Positions 20,929 through 31,089 of a stretch of 64,000 nucleotides of DNA are shown here, piece by piece. Within the stretch, counting starts at the first letter, position 1. Each line of letters opens with the position of its first letter. The notes beneath the pieces were generated by a model. It saw only the letters and a program-made list of their open reading frames with translations. It made no database searches and had not been told where the DNA came from. The stretch comes from Burkholderiales bacterium (GTDB taxonomy: Bacteria; Pseudomonadota; Gammaproteobacteria; Burkholderiales; SG8-39): the NCBI GenBank assembly GCA_036560705.1, contig DATBQR010000018.1, forward strand, positions 446-64,445, read 5' to 3'. A program made the translations under genes and the position numbers.

Positions 20929-22670
20929 CCTCCGCAGCCTCCAGCCTGCTTATCCAGTGCGTGTTCTATCTGGTCGCATTGCTCGCGCTGGCAAAACCGC
21001 TCGGCGAGTTTTTCGCCCGCGTGCTGTTGGGCGAGCAGACGTTCCTGAATCCGGTCCTTGGCTGGATGGAACGGTTTGCCTACCGCGCCTCCGGCGTGGA
21101 CGAAAAGCGCGAGATGCGCTGGACCGAGTACGCCATCGTCACGCTGGTGTTCAACCTGGCCGGCCTGTTCGCGGTTTACGCGCTGCAGCGCGTCCAGCAC
21201 CTGCTGCCGCTCAATCCGGCGGGACTGGCAGCCGTGTCGGCCGACTCGTCGTGGAACACCGCGGTGAGCTTCGCCACCAATACCAACTGGCAAGGCTACG
21301 GCGGCGAATCGACCATGAGCTACCTCACGCAGATGCTCGCGCTGGCGGTGCAGAACTTCGTTTCCGCCGCGACCGGCATCGCGGTGCTCGCGGCGCTCGC
21401 GCGCGCCTTCTCGCGCCGGCAGGTGAACACCATCGGCAACTTCTGGTCCGACCTCACGCGCTCGACGCTCTACATCCTGCTGCCGCTGTCGCTCGTCCTC
21501 GCGCTCGCGCTGGTGAGCCAGGGCGTGGTGCAGAACTTCAAGCCCTACGTGAAAGCGCAAACCGTCGAGAAAATCGCCTACGAGGAAGACAAGGCTCGAA
21601 AATCCACCCAGGAACAGATCCTCCCCATGGGGCCGGCCGCTTCGCAGATCGCCATCAAGCAGCTCGGCACCAACGGCGGCGGATTCTTCAACGTCAACTC
21701 GGCCCATCCCTACGAGAACCCGACGCCGGTGGCGAATTTCCTGGAAATGCTTTCCATCCTGATGATCTCCGGGGCGCTATGCATCACCTTCGGGCGCATG
21801 GTGGGCGACCCGCGTCAGGGCTGGGCGGTGCTCGCCGCCATGACGATCCTGCTGGTCGGCCTGCTCGCCGTCGCGGTGGCGGCGGAGCAATCGGGAAACC
21901 CCATTCTTGAACGAGCCGGTGCTTCGGCGGACGGCAACATGGAAGGCAAGGAAGTGCGTTTTGGCATCGCCAATTCCGCCATCTGGGCCGTAGCGACCAC
22001 CGCCGCGTCGAACGGCTCGGTGAATGCCATGCACGATTCCTTTACCCCGCTCGGCGGTCTGGTGCCGATGTGGCTCATGCAGCTCGGCGAGGTCGTCTTC
22101 GGCGGCGTCGGCTCGGGGCTGTACGGCATGGTCATGATGGTGCTGGTGGCGGTATTCGTCGCCGGCCTGATGATCGGCCGCACGCCCGAATACCTGGGCA
22201 AGAAAGTCGAGGCTTTCGAAATGAAGATGGCCTCCGTCGCCATCCTGCTGCCGCCGCTGGTGGCGCTAGTCGGCACGGCGATCGCCGTACTCGTGGACCC
22301 GGGCAAGGCGGGCGTCGCCAATCCCGGCGCGCACGGCTTCTCCGAGATCCTTTACGCCTTCTCCTCCGCCGGCAACAACAACGGCAGCGCCTTCGGCGGC
22401 CTGTCGGCCAACACGCCCTTCTACAACGTCGCCCTTGGTTTTGCCATGCTGATTTCGCGCTACTGGCTGATCATCCCGGTGCTCGCCATCGCGGGCTCCT
22501 TCGCAGCGAAGAAGACCGTGCCCGTCGGCCCCGGCACGCTGCCGACGCACACGCCGCTGTTCATCGCGCTGATCATCGGCACAGTGATCCTGGTGGGCGC
22601 CCTCACCTTCGTCCCCGCGCTCGCGCTGGGACCGATCATCGAGCACCTTCAGATGATCGCTGCGAAATAA
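20925..22670 (+). CDS. kdpA: K+-transporting ATPase subunit A
   Basis: 581 aa with a typical KdpA sequence ([19 protein letters not shown]). Confidence 0.95.
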   Translation: MTSAASSLLIQCVFYLVALLALAKPLGEFFARVLLGEQTFLNPVLGWMERFAYRASGVDEKREMRWTEYAIVTLVFNLAGLFAVYALQRVQHLLPLNPAGLAAVSADSSWNTAVSFATNTNWQGYGGESTMSYLTQMLALAVQNFVSAATGIAVLAALARAFSRRQVNTIGNFWSDLTRSTLYILLPLSLVLALALVSQGVVQNFKPYVKAQTVEKIAYEEDKARKSTQEQILPMGPAASQIAIKQLGTNGGGFFNVNSAHPYENPTPVANFLEMLSILMISGALCITFGRMVGDPRQGWAVLAAMTILLVGLLAVAVAAEQSGNPILERAGASADGNMEGKEVRFGIANSAIWAVATTAASNGSVNAMHDSFTPLGGLVPMWLMQLGEVVFGGVGSGLYGMVMMVLVAVFVAGLMIGRTPEYLGKKVEAFEMKMASVAILLPPLVALVGTAIAVLVDPGKAGVANPGAHGFSEILYAFSSAGNNNGSAFGGLSANTPFYNVALGFAMLISRYWLIIPVLAIAGSFAAKKTVPVGPGTLPTHTPLFIALIIGTVILVGALTFVPALALGPIIEHLQMIAAK

Positions 22671-22680
22671 GGACCCTGCC

Positions 22681-24741
22681 ATGATCGCAGCATCGATGTA
22701 CGACTCATCTTTCCTGGTTCCCGCCATCCGGGAATCGTTCCTTCGCCTGACGCCGCACGCGCAGTGGCGCAACCCCGTGATGTTCGTCTGCTACATCGGC
22801 GCGATCCTGACCACCGGCTTGTACGCGCAAGCCCTGTCCGGCAAAGGTGAAGCGCAGGCCGGCTACATTCTCGCGGTGTCGGCATGGTTGTGGATCACGG
22901 TGTTGTTCGCGAACTTCGCCTAGGCCATCGCCGAAGGCCGCGGCAAGGCGCAGGCGGCGGCGCTGCGCGCCTCGCGGCAGGACATCGTGGCAAAAAAACT
23001 CGTCGAACCGCGTCGCGGCGCGACCCGCACGCTCGTCAAGGCCGACCAGCTCGCCAAAGGCGACGTGGTGCTGGTCGAGGCGGGCGACACCATCCCGCTC
23101 GACGGGGAGGTGATCGAAGGCGTCGCCTCGGTCAACGAATCGGCGATCACCGGCGAGTCCGCCCCGGTGATCCGCGAATCGGGCGGCGATTTCGGCTCGG
23201 TCACCGGCGGCACGCTGGTGCTGTCCGACTGGCTGGTGATGCGCATTACCGCCAGGCAGGGCGAATCCTTCCTCGACCGCATGATCGCGCTGGTGGAAGG
23301 CGCCAAGCGCCAGAAGACCCCCAACGAAATCGCGCTCACCATCCTGCTGGTGGCGATGACGCTGGTGTTTCTGCTCGCCTGCGCCACGCTGCTGCCCTAT
23401 TCCATCTACGCGGTCGATGCCGCCAGGCAGGGCAGCGTCGTGACGATCACCACGCTGGTCGCGCTGCTGGTCTGCCTGATCCCCACCACCATCGGCGGCC
23501 TGCTGTCGGCCATCGGCATCGCCGGCATGGGGCGCATGATCGCGAAGAACGTCATCGCCATGTCCGGCCGCGCGGTCGAGGCAGCGGGCGACGTCGACGT
23601 GCTGCTGCTGGATAAAACCGGCACCATCACGCTCGGCGACCGCCAGGCCACCGCATTGTTTCCCGCCCACAGCGTCGCCGTGCGCGAGCTCGCCGAAGCC
23701 GCTCAGCTCGCCTCGATTGCCGACCAGACACCCGAGGGCCGCTCGATCATGGTCCTCGCCAAGCAGCAGCACGGTCTGCGCGAGCGGGACCTCACTTCCC
23801 TGAAGGCGACTTTCGTGCCGTTCTCGGCGCATACCCGCATGAGCGGCGTCGACCTCGAAGGGCGCCAGCTGCGCAAGGGCGCGGCCGACGCCGTGCGTGT
23901 ACACGTCGAGGCGCTGGGCGGCCGCTATCCGGCTGAAGTACGGGAAGCGGTGGACTCCTATGCGCGGCGGGGTTCGACGCCGCTGGTGGTCGCCGACGGC
24001 ACTCGCGTCCTTGGCGTCATCGAACTGAAGGATATCGTCAAGGGAGGACTCAAGGACCGTTTCGCCGAGCTGCGCCGCATGGGCATCAAGACCGTGATGA
24101 TCACTGGCGACAACCGGCTCACCGCGGCGGCCATCGCCGCCGAAGCCGGCGTGGACGATTTCCTCGCCGAGGCCACGCCCGAAGGCAAACTCAAGCTCAT
24201 CCGCGAGCACCAGGCCGCCGGGCGACTGGTAGCGATGACCGGCGACGGCACCAACGACGCGCCGGCACTCGCGCAGGCCGATGTGGCGGTGGCGATGAAC
24301 ACCGGTACGCAGGCCGCCAAGGAAGCCGGCAACATGGTCGATCTCGATTCCAACCCGACCAAGCTCATCGAGGTCGTCGAGACCGGCAAGCAGATGCTGA
24401 TGACGCGCGGCGCGCTGACGACGTTCTCCGTCGCCAACGATGTCGCCAAGTACTTCGCCATCATTCCCGCCGCGTTCGCCGCCACCTACCCGCAGCTAGA
24501 CGTGCTCAACGTGATGGGCCTCGCCACGCCGCAATCGGCCATTCTTTCGGCGGTGATCTTCAATGCGCTCGTCATCATCGCGCTGGTCCCGCTCGCGCTC
24601 AAGGGCGTGCGCTACCGCCCGGAGGGCGCGGCGGCCGTGCTCGAGCGCAACTTGTGGGTCTACGGCGTCGGCGGCATCGTCGTGCCGTTCATCGGCATCA
24701 AGGCCATCGATCTTCTTCTCGTCGCGCTGAGGCTCACATGA
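22681..24741 (+). pseudogene. kdpB: K+-transporting P-type ATPase subunit B, interrupted by one in-frame TAG at 22921-22923
   Basis: Track ORFs 22681-22923 and 22987-24741 share one frame. Across the stop the sequence reads [23 protein letters not shown], against the conserved KdpB LFANFAEA(L/I)AEGR. The rest is intact ([17 protein letters not shown]). Confidence 0.85.
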
Positions 24742-25301
24742 TCCTGCAAAGCATCCGCATGCTCGTCTTCATGACCGTGCTCACCGGCGTGGCCTATCCC
24801 CTGCTCGTCACCGGCATCGCGCAAATTGTCTTTCCGGCGGAAGCCAATGGAAGTCTCATTTTTGAAAAAGGAAAAATCTCGGGGTCGCGCCTCATCGGTC
24901 AGCCGTTCTCGGATCCGAAGTATTTCTGGAGCCGGCCTTCCGCCACCTCGCCGATGCCTTACAACGGCGCTTCTTCCTCGGGCTCCAACCAGGGCCCGAC
25001 CAATCCGGCGCTGAAGGAAGCGGTCGAAGGGCGCGTCAAGACGCTGCGCGACGCAGGCGGCGATCCCTCGAAACCGGTGCCGGTAGACCTCGTCACCGCT
25101 TCCGGTTCGGGGCTCGACCCGCACATCAGCCCCGCCGCCGCCACCTACCAGGCCGGCAGGATCGCCAAGCAGCGGGGCATTGCCGAGGAAAAAATAAGAA
25201 CCCTGATTGAAAAAAATACCGAAGGACGCAGCTTCGGCTTCCTCGGCGAACCGCGCGTCAATGTCCTGGAACTCAACCTTGCCCTCGATGCGCTAAAGTG
25301 A
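24738..25301 (+). CDS. kdpC: K+-transporting ATPase subunit C
   Basis: Start at [11 protein letters not shown] (ATG 24738, ATGA overlap with the kdpB stop). 187 aa. Confidence 0.9.
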   Translation: MILQSIRMLVFMTVLTGVAYPLLVTGIAQIVFPAEANGSLIFEKGKISGSRLIGQPFSDPKYFWSRPSATSPMPYNGASSSGSNQGPTNPALKEAVEGRVKTLRDAGGDPSKPVPVDLVTASGSGLDPHISPAAATYQAGRIAKQRGIAEEKIRTLIEKNTEGRSFGFLGEPRVNVLELNLALDALK

Positions 25302-25305
25302 CCGT

Positions 25306-28049
25306 ATGACTGCGGTCCGTCCCGACCCGGATGCCCTGCTCGCACGGGTCCAGCGCGAGGACACCAAGGAAAAACGCGGCAGGCTGAAAGTTTTCTTCGG
25401 CGCTTCCGCCGGGGTCGGCAAGACCTACAAGATGCTGGAGGAGGCGCACAGCCTGAAGGCGCGCGGCGTCGACATCGCGGTCGGCTACGTCGAGCCGCAC
25501 GGCCGCGCCGATACCGAGGCGCTGCTCGAGGGGCTGGAGCAGTTGCCTTACCTGTGGACCGAATACCGCGGCGCGCGCATGCGCGAATTCGACCTGGATG
25601 CCGCGCTCAAGCGCAAGCCGCAAGTCCTGCTGGTCGATGAACTGGCGCACTCCAATCCGTCCGAAGGCGAGCCCCGGCCGCGCCACGCCAAGCGCTGGCA
25701 GGACATCGAGGAGCTGCTCGAGGCGGGCATCGACGTCTGCACCACGGTGAACGTCCAGCACATCGAGAGCCTGAACGACGTGGTTGCCGGCATCACCGGC
25801 GTGCGCGTGCAGGAAACCGTCCCCGACCACGTCTTCGAGGCCGCAGACGAGGTGGAGTTGATCGACATCCCACCCGACGAGCTGCTCGAGCGGCTGCGCG
25901 CGGGCAAGATCTACCTGCCTGAGCAGGCACGGCGCGCCATCGACAGTTTTTTCCGCAAAGGCAACCTGATCGCGTTGCGCGAGCTGGCGCTGCGCACGAC
26001 GGCCGACCGCGTCGACGCGGCGATGCGTGAATACAAGGACGGCCACGCCATCGGCGCCACCTGGGCAGCGGGCGAACGGCTGCTGGTGGCGGTCGGCCCC
26101 TACGAGGACGCCGAGAGCCTGGTGCGCGCCGGCAAGCGCATGGCAACCGCGCTGCACGCCGATTGGATCGTGGTGTACATCGAAACGCCGGAGCTGCTGC
26201 GCATGCCCGAGGACGAGCGCGACCGGCGCATCGCGCTACTGCGCATGGCCGAGTCGCTCGGGGCGGAACCGGTGACGCTGGGCGGCTCCTCGGTAGGCGA
26301 GGAACTCGCCAACTACGCGCGCACCCGCAACGTCACGCACATTTTGATCGGCCGGCCGCGGCGCCCGCTGTGGCGGCGCCTGTTCAGCCCGTCCACCTAT
26401 GGCGAACTGCTCGCGCTGACCGACGGCGTCGACATCCTGGTGGTGAGCGGCGCCGGCGAGGCCGCGGCGCTGCGCAGCCCGTTCCTCGCGCGCAGCCGCA
26501 CTTATCTGCAGGCGGCGCAGACCGGCGCCGCGCCCGGCGGCGCCAAGCCACGCTGGCCGGGCTACGCCTGGAGCCTTGCTGCCGTGGTCGCCTGCACGCT
26601 GCTCGGCCGCGCGATGACGCCGTCCTTCGAGCTGGTGAACGTCGCCATGGTGTACCTGCTGGCGGTCGTGCTGATCGCCTTTCGTTTCGGCCGCGGGCCG
26701 GCCGTCCTCGCCTCGGTGTTTGGCGTGGCCTCGTTCGATTTCTTCTTCGTGCCGCCGCAGCTGTCGTTCGCGGTGAGCGACATCCAGTACCTGCTCACCT
26801 TCATAATCATGCTGGCGGTCGCGCTGATCATTTCCAACCTCGCGGCAAGCGTGCGCCTGCAGGCCAACGTCGCCGGCCACCGTGAGCGGCGCACGGCGCT
26901 GCTGTACGCGATGACGCGCGAGCTCGCCGCCACGCGCGGCGGGCAGAACATGGCGCGCGTCGCGGTGCGCCACGTGAGCGAGGTCTTCGACAGCCAGGTG
27001 GTGCTGCTGCTTCCCGACGCCTCGGGGCAGGTCCGGCATCCGCAGGGCGAGAGCATCGCGGGATCGCTGCACGGCGCCGACCTGGGCGTCGCGCAATGGG
27101 TGCAGGATCACGGCGAGCCGGCCGGGCTGGGCACCCACACACTACCGGGAACGGAATCCCTTTATCTGCCGCTGTCCGGCACCCAGCTGGTGCTCGGCGT
27201 GCTGGGCGTGTTGCCGGCCAACCCGCGCCGCGTGCTGCTGCCCGAGCAATTCCACCTGCTGGAGACTTTCACCGCGCAGATCGCGCTCGCCCTGGAGCGT
27301 GCACGGCTCGCCGAGCATGCGCAGCAGGCGAGCATCGATGCAGAGACCGAAGGTCTCAGGAACGCGCTGCTGGCTTCGATCTCGCACGACTTGCGCACGC
27401 CGCTGGCGGTCATTTCCGGCGCTTCGTCCAGCCTCGCGGAGCGCGGCGAGCGCCTGAGCGCCGAGGACCGCGCGACGCTCGCCCGAAGCATCTTCGATCA
27501 GTCCCAGCAGATGGGACAGCTGATCGCCAACGTGCTGGAGATGACGCGGCTGGAGGCCGGCGCGATCGCGCTCAACCGCGACTGGCACGCGCTCGGCGAA
27601 ATCACCGGCGCCGTGCTGCGCAGGCTGAAAGAACCGCTCGCCGCGCATCCGGTCACGCTCGCGCTGCCGGGCGACCTGCCGCTCGTGCGGGTGGACGCGA
27701 CGCTGATCGAGCAGGTGTTCGCCAACCTGCTGGAGAACGCGGCCAAGTACACGCTGCCCGGCACCGCCATTGCGCTGCGCGCGGAGCGCAGCAACGGCGC
27801 CCTGCTGGTTTCGGTGGAGGACGCCGGACCCGGCCTGCCGCCCGGCGACCCGGAAAAGCTGTTCGCCAAGTTCCAGCGCGGCGCGGCCGAAGGCGCGATC
27901 GGCGGCGCGGGCCTCGGCCTGGCCATCTGCCGCGCCATCGTCCGGCTGCACGGCGGGAAAATCTGGGCCGAGCGCCCGGCGGGCGGCGGCGTAGCGTTCC
28001 GCTTCACGCTGCCGATCGAGGAAGCGCCCGCAGTACCCGCCGAAACCGA

Positions 28050-28053
<4 letters not shown>
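25306..28053 (+). CDS. kdpD: Sensor histidine kinase KdpD
   Basis: 915 aa. N-terminal KdpD domain (FFGASAGVGKTYKML), 4 TM segments, H-box SISHDLRTPL and an HATPase domain. Confidence 0.95.
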
Positions 28054-28757
<704 letters not shown>

Positions 28758-28763
28758 TAAAGG

Positions 28764-29648
28764 TCATCCTCTCGGCGTCCGGTGAACTATTTCGGCCCGG
28801 ATCTCGCGCAGCTTCGCCTTGATCCTGGCGGCGTTCTCATTGCCCATGCGCAGCATGATCTTCTGGCCCGCCGAGCGCGCTTCAAGTTCTTCCGACTGAT
28901 ACAGATACAGCACTTTCGGCTGCACCAGCCGGACCGGCGCCGTTGCCGCCGGCGCCGCCAGCAGGTCGTCGATCGCCTCGACCAGGCGATCGTTGAAGTA
29001 GCCGTTCGGAAAACCCAATTCGACGTAGGCCTTCTGGAACAGCGGGTAAAAACGCAGGTAAATGACGGCGAGCTTGCGGGCATCGACGGATTGCGCAAGA
29101 CGCACATAGCGCCGGTAGCGGGCGGAATTTTCGGGCGCGATCGCCCGGGTAACGCCGCTGCGCCCGATCTTGAACGTCCCCGGGACCGGCTTGACCGGCA
29201 TCATGCGCGCCGGCGCGTATTTGCGCGGGAGATTGTCGACGGTGGCCACGATGCGGCGGACGATCCGGTCTGAATAGAGCAGCCCGGCAAGCGAACTGTT
29301 GTTCAGGAGGCCGCCTATTGCCGCCCAGACCGCGGCATCGCTGTCCTGCAGCGTGGGCAAGGACTGCGCATCAGATTCTTCAAGAGGATGGCGGATGGCC
29401 GGCGCCGCGCTGGCGGTGGACGGGGCCGGGGCAGCCACGGCGCGCGGCGCAGGCTGTGCCGGAGGCGGGCTTTGATTCCTTTGCCAGAAGTAAAAGGCCC
29501 CGATGCCGCCTGCCACGACGGCGGCAAGAAGCGCCAGCCAGACCGACGCGCCGGGCCCCGAGGGTTCGAGCGGCCTCAGGTAGGGACGGTCTTCCGGCAC
29601 TACTGTTCCCGGCGGTAGACGATGTCGCACCGGCGGTTCCGCGCCCAC
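28764..29648 (-). CDS. DUF3014-like single-pass membrane protein
   Basis: 294 aa with one TM segment (VWLALLAAVVAGGIGAFYF), a Pro/Ala linker and a conserved C-terminal domain. The family assignment is from memory. The start is uncertain because it overlaps the upstream gene by 49 nt. Confidence 0.55.
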   Translation of the reverse strand: MGAEPPVRHRLPPGTVVPEDRPYLRPLEPSGPGASVWLALLAAVVAGGIGAFYFWQRNQSPPPAQPAPRAVAAPAPSTASAAPAIRHPLEESDAQSLPTLQDSDAAVWAAIGGLLNNSSLAGLLYSDRIVRRIVATVDNLPRKYAPARMMPVKPVPGTFKIGRSGVTRAIAPENSARYRRYVRLAQSVDARKLAVIYLRFYPLFQKAYVELGFPNGYFNDRLVEAIDDLLAAPAATAPVRLVQPKVLYLYQSEELEARSAGQKIMLRMGNENAARIKAKLREIRAEIVHRTPRG

Positions 29649-30154
29649 GCCGCCTCGTCGTGCCCGGCAGCCTGCGGCTTTTCTTCGCCGAAGCTCACTG
29701 CCTCGATCTGCCGCTCGGAAGCGCCCAGCAGCGTCATCATCTTCATCACGCCTTCGGCGCGGCGCTGCCCGAGCGCGAGGTTGTACTCGCGGCTGCCCCG
29801 TTCGTCTGTGTTGCCTTCGACCGCGATGGTCGCCCCGGGGTGTTCGCGAAGGTATTTGGCATGCGCCTCGACGAGCGGCCGGTACTCCGCGGTCACGTCG
29901 TATTTGTCCAAAGCGTAGTACACCGAGCGCTTCGCCAGAATGTTGGCCGGATCGTGCAACGGATTCTCCGGCACCGCGGGCTGGACCACCGGGCGCGGTT
30001 GCGGCGCCGTCCGGGGCGCCGGGGCGGGACTCGGCTGTGGAGTTTGTTCCTTGGTTTTTTCGCTGGCGCAGGCCGCGAGCAGCGCCGCCACGGCCAGGGC
30101 ACAGATTCGCCCGGTGATCCGCCCCGTTTTTACCTGTCTTTCCTGGTATGCCAT
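29600..30154 (-). CDS. OmpA-family peptidoglycan-associated lipoprotein (Pal-like)
   Basis: Start at MAYQERQ. Lipobox LLAAC. OmpA-like C-terminus NTDERGSREYNLALGQRRAEGV...NRRCDIVY. Confidence 0.8.
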   Translation of the reverse strand: MAYQERQVKTGRITGRICALAVAALLAACASEKTKEQTPQPSPAPAPRTAPQPRPVVQPAVPENPLHDPANILAKRSVYYALDKYDVTAEYRPLVEAHAKYLREHPGATIAVEGNTDERGSREYNLALGQRRAEGVMKMMTLLGASERQIEAVSFGEEKPQAAGHDEAAWARNRRCDIVYRREQ

Positions 30155-30202
30155 GCCGCTTCCCCGCTGGTGCTGTGAAGCCGGAATATTAGGACGCGAT
30201 AT

Positions 30203-30221
30203 ACATTTGCGCAAATATAAT
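30203..30221. promoter_or_regulatory. Palindromic operator-like motif ACATTTGCGCAAATATAAT (copy 1), pal-like/marR divergent region
   Basis: Perfect 12-bp palindrome ATTTGCGCAAAT (30205-30216), fused to a TATAAT hexamer (30216-30221). Confidence 0.5.
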
Positions 30222-30295
30222 AAGGCGACAGCCGCCGTCAACCACCGGACCGGGCCGCGCGTTAAAGCCGGGTTCTGGCTCCACAAGCCGGCTGC

Positions 30296-30853
30296 TTGCC
30301 GCTGGTTGTCATCGCCCCGATCTCGCTATATAAAGGCGCGGTGCCGTCCACCAAGCGCCCTTCGCGTCCGCAGGGCCGTTTCGCCGCCAAGCACGGAAAG
30401 ATGCTCGAAGTACTCGGGCTGTTCCGCATCGTCTTCAAGTCGGTCAGGCGCCACTACAAGAGCGTGCAGAAACGGGCCGGCATGGGCGGTGCCCAGCTTT
30501 GGGCGCTCGTGCAGGTGGCGGAGAACCCCGGCATCAAGGTCGGCGAACTGGCCCGTGCGCTGGCGGTGCACCAGTCGACGGCGAGCAACCTGATTCGCGA
30601 CCTGGAGGCGCCCGCACTGCTCACGCGCCGCCGCGGCAGCGAGGACCAACGCATGGTCCGGCTGTACGCAACGAGCAAGGGAGCGGCCGTTCTCAAGCGC
30701 GCCCCGCGCCCTCTCATCGGCGTTCTCCAGCAGGCGCTCTCGAATCTACCGCCCGGCCACCTCGACGCCCTGCATCGCAACCTCGGCCGCCTGACCGCCT
30801 CGATGCGCTCGAGGGATTCCAGCGCGCGCGCCACGCCCCTTTCCGACCTGTAG
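30296..30853 (+). CDS. MarR family transcriptional regulator
   Basis: Winged-helix core LWALVQVAENPGIKVGELARALAVHQSTASNLIRDLE. The start is uncertain, with alternatives GTG 30341 and ATG 30401. Confidence 0.8.
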   Translation: MPLVVIAPISLYKGAVPSTKRPSRPQGRFAAKHGKMLEVLGLFRIVFKSVRRHYKSVQKRAGMGGAQLWALVQVAENPGIKVGELARALAVHQSTASNLIRDLEAPALLTRRRGSEDQRMVRLYATSKGAAVLKRAPRPLIGVLQQALSNLPPGHLDALHRNLGRLTASMRSRDSSARATPLSDL

Positions 30854-30909
30854 GACGCTTGCAGCGGCGGCCGGTCGCGAGCGTCCAGCAGTGGCAGCGG
30901 CTTGGGTTA

Positions 30910-30928
30910 ACATTTGTGCAAATATAAT
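30910..30928. promoter_or_regulatory. Second copy of the operator-like motif, ACATTTGTGCAAATATAAT
   Basis: 18 of 19 positions are identical to 30203-30221, including the TATAAT. It lies 57 nt downstream of the marR stop. Confidence 0.45.
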
Positions 30929-30950
30929 TTCCGACGTAGGATTGCCCGGT

Positions 30951-30990
30951 CGTGCGCAGTCGTGAGTGGAACCGCTCGCGACCGCGCACG
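30951..30990 (+). other. Long imperfect hairpin in the marR-kup spacer
   Basis: CGTGCGC-a-GTCGTGAG-[tggaaccg]-CTCGCGAC-c-GCGCACG. This gives 15 bp including one G.U pair. Confidence 0.45.
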
Positions 30991-31017
30991 GCGGATTGCA
31001 TGCCCGAGGAGGGGCAA

Positions 31018-31062
31018 GCCGGGGCGAAAGTTCTTCCCTTTGATTCGCCCCGGCTTATTTTT
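31018..31062 (+). terminator. Plus-strand rho-independent terminator
   Basis: GCCGGGGCGAA-15 nt loop-TTCGCCCCGGC followed by TTATTTTT. There is no T-tract on the opposite strand. Confidence 0.6.
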
Positions 31063-31089
31063 CCGGAACCTCGCCGTGAGCGGCGCCGG

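Noticed and set aside
22921-22923. Possibility that the kdpB TAG (or the TGA at 47165) is programmed recoding (pyrrolysine, selenocysteine or readthrough).
   Set aside because: The position corresponds to an invariant Glu in KdpB, not a Pyl/Sec site. I saw no SECIS-like hairpin immediately downstream of 47167. All other genes use TAG and TGA as ordinary stops. Point mutation or base-call error is far more parsimonious.
28764-30154. The 49-nt overlap between the DUF3014-like gene start and the Pal-like gene end considered as a sign of a fused or frameshifted gene.
   Set aside because: The two proteins have independent, complete domain layouts (own lipoprotein signal, own TM segment). The overlap most likely reflects an over-called upstream start for the DUF3014-like ORF.
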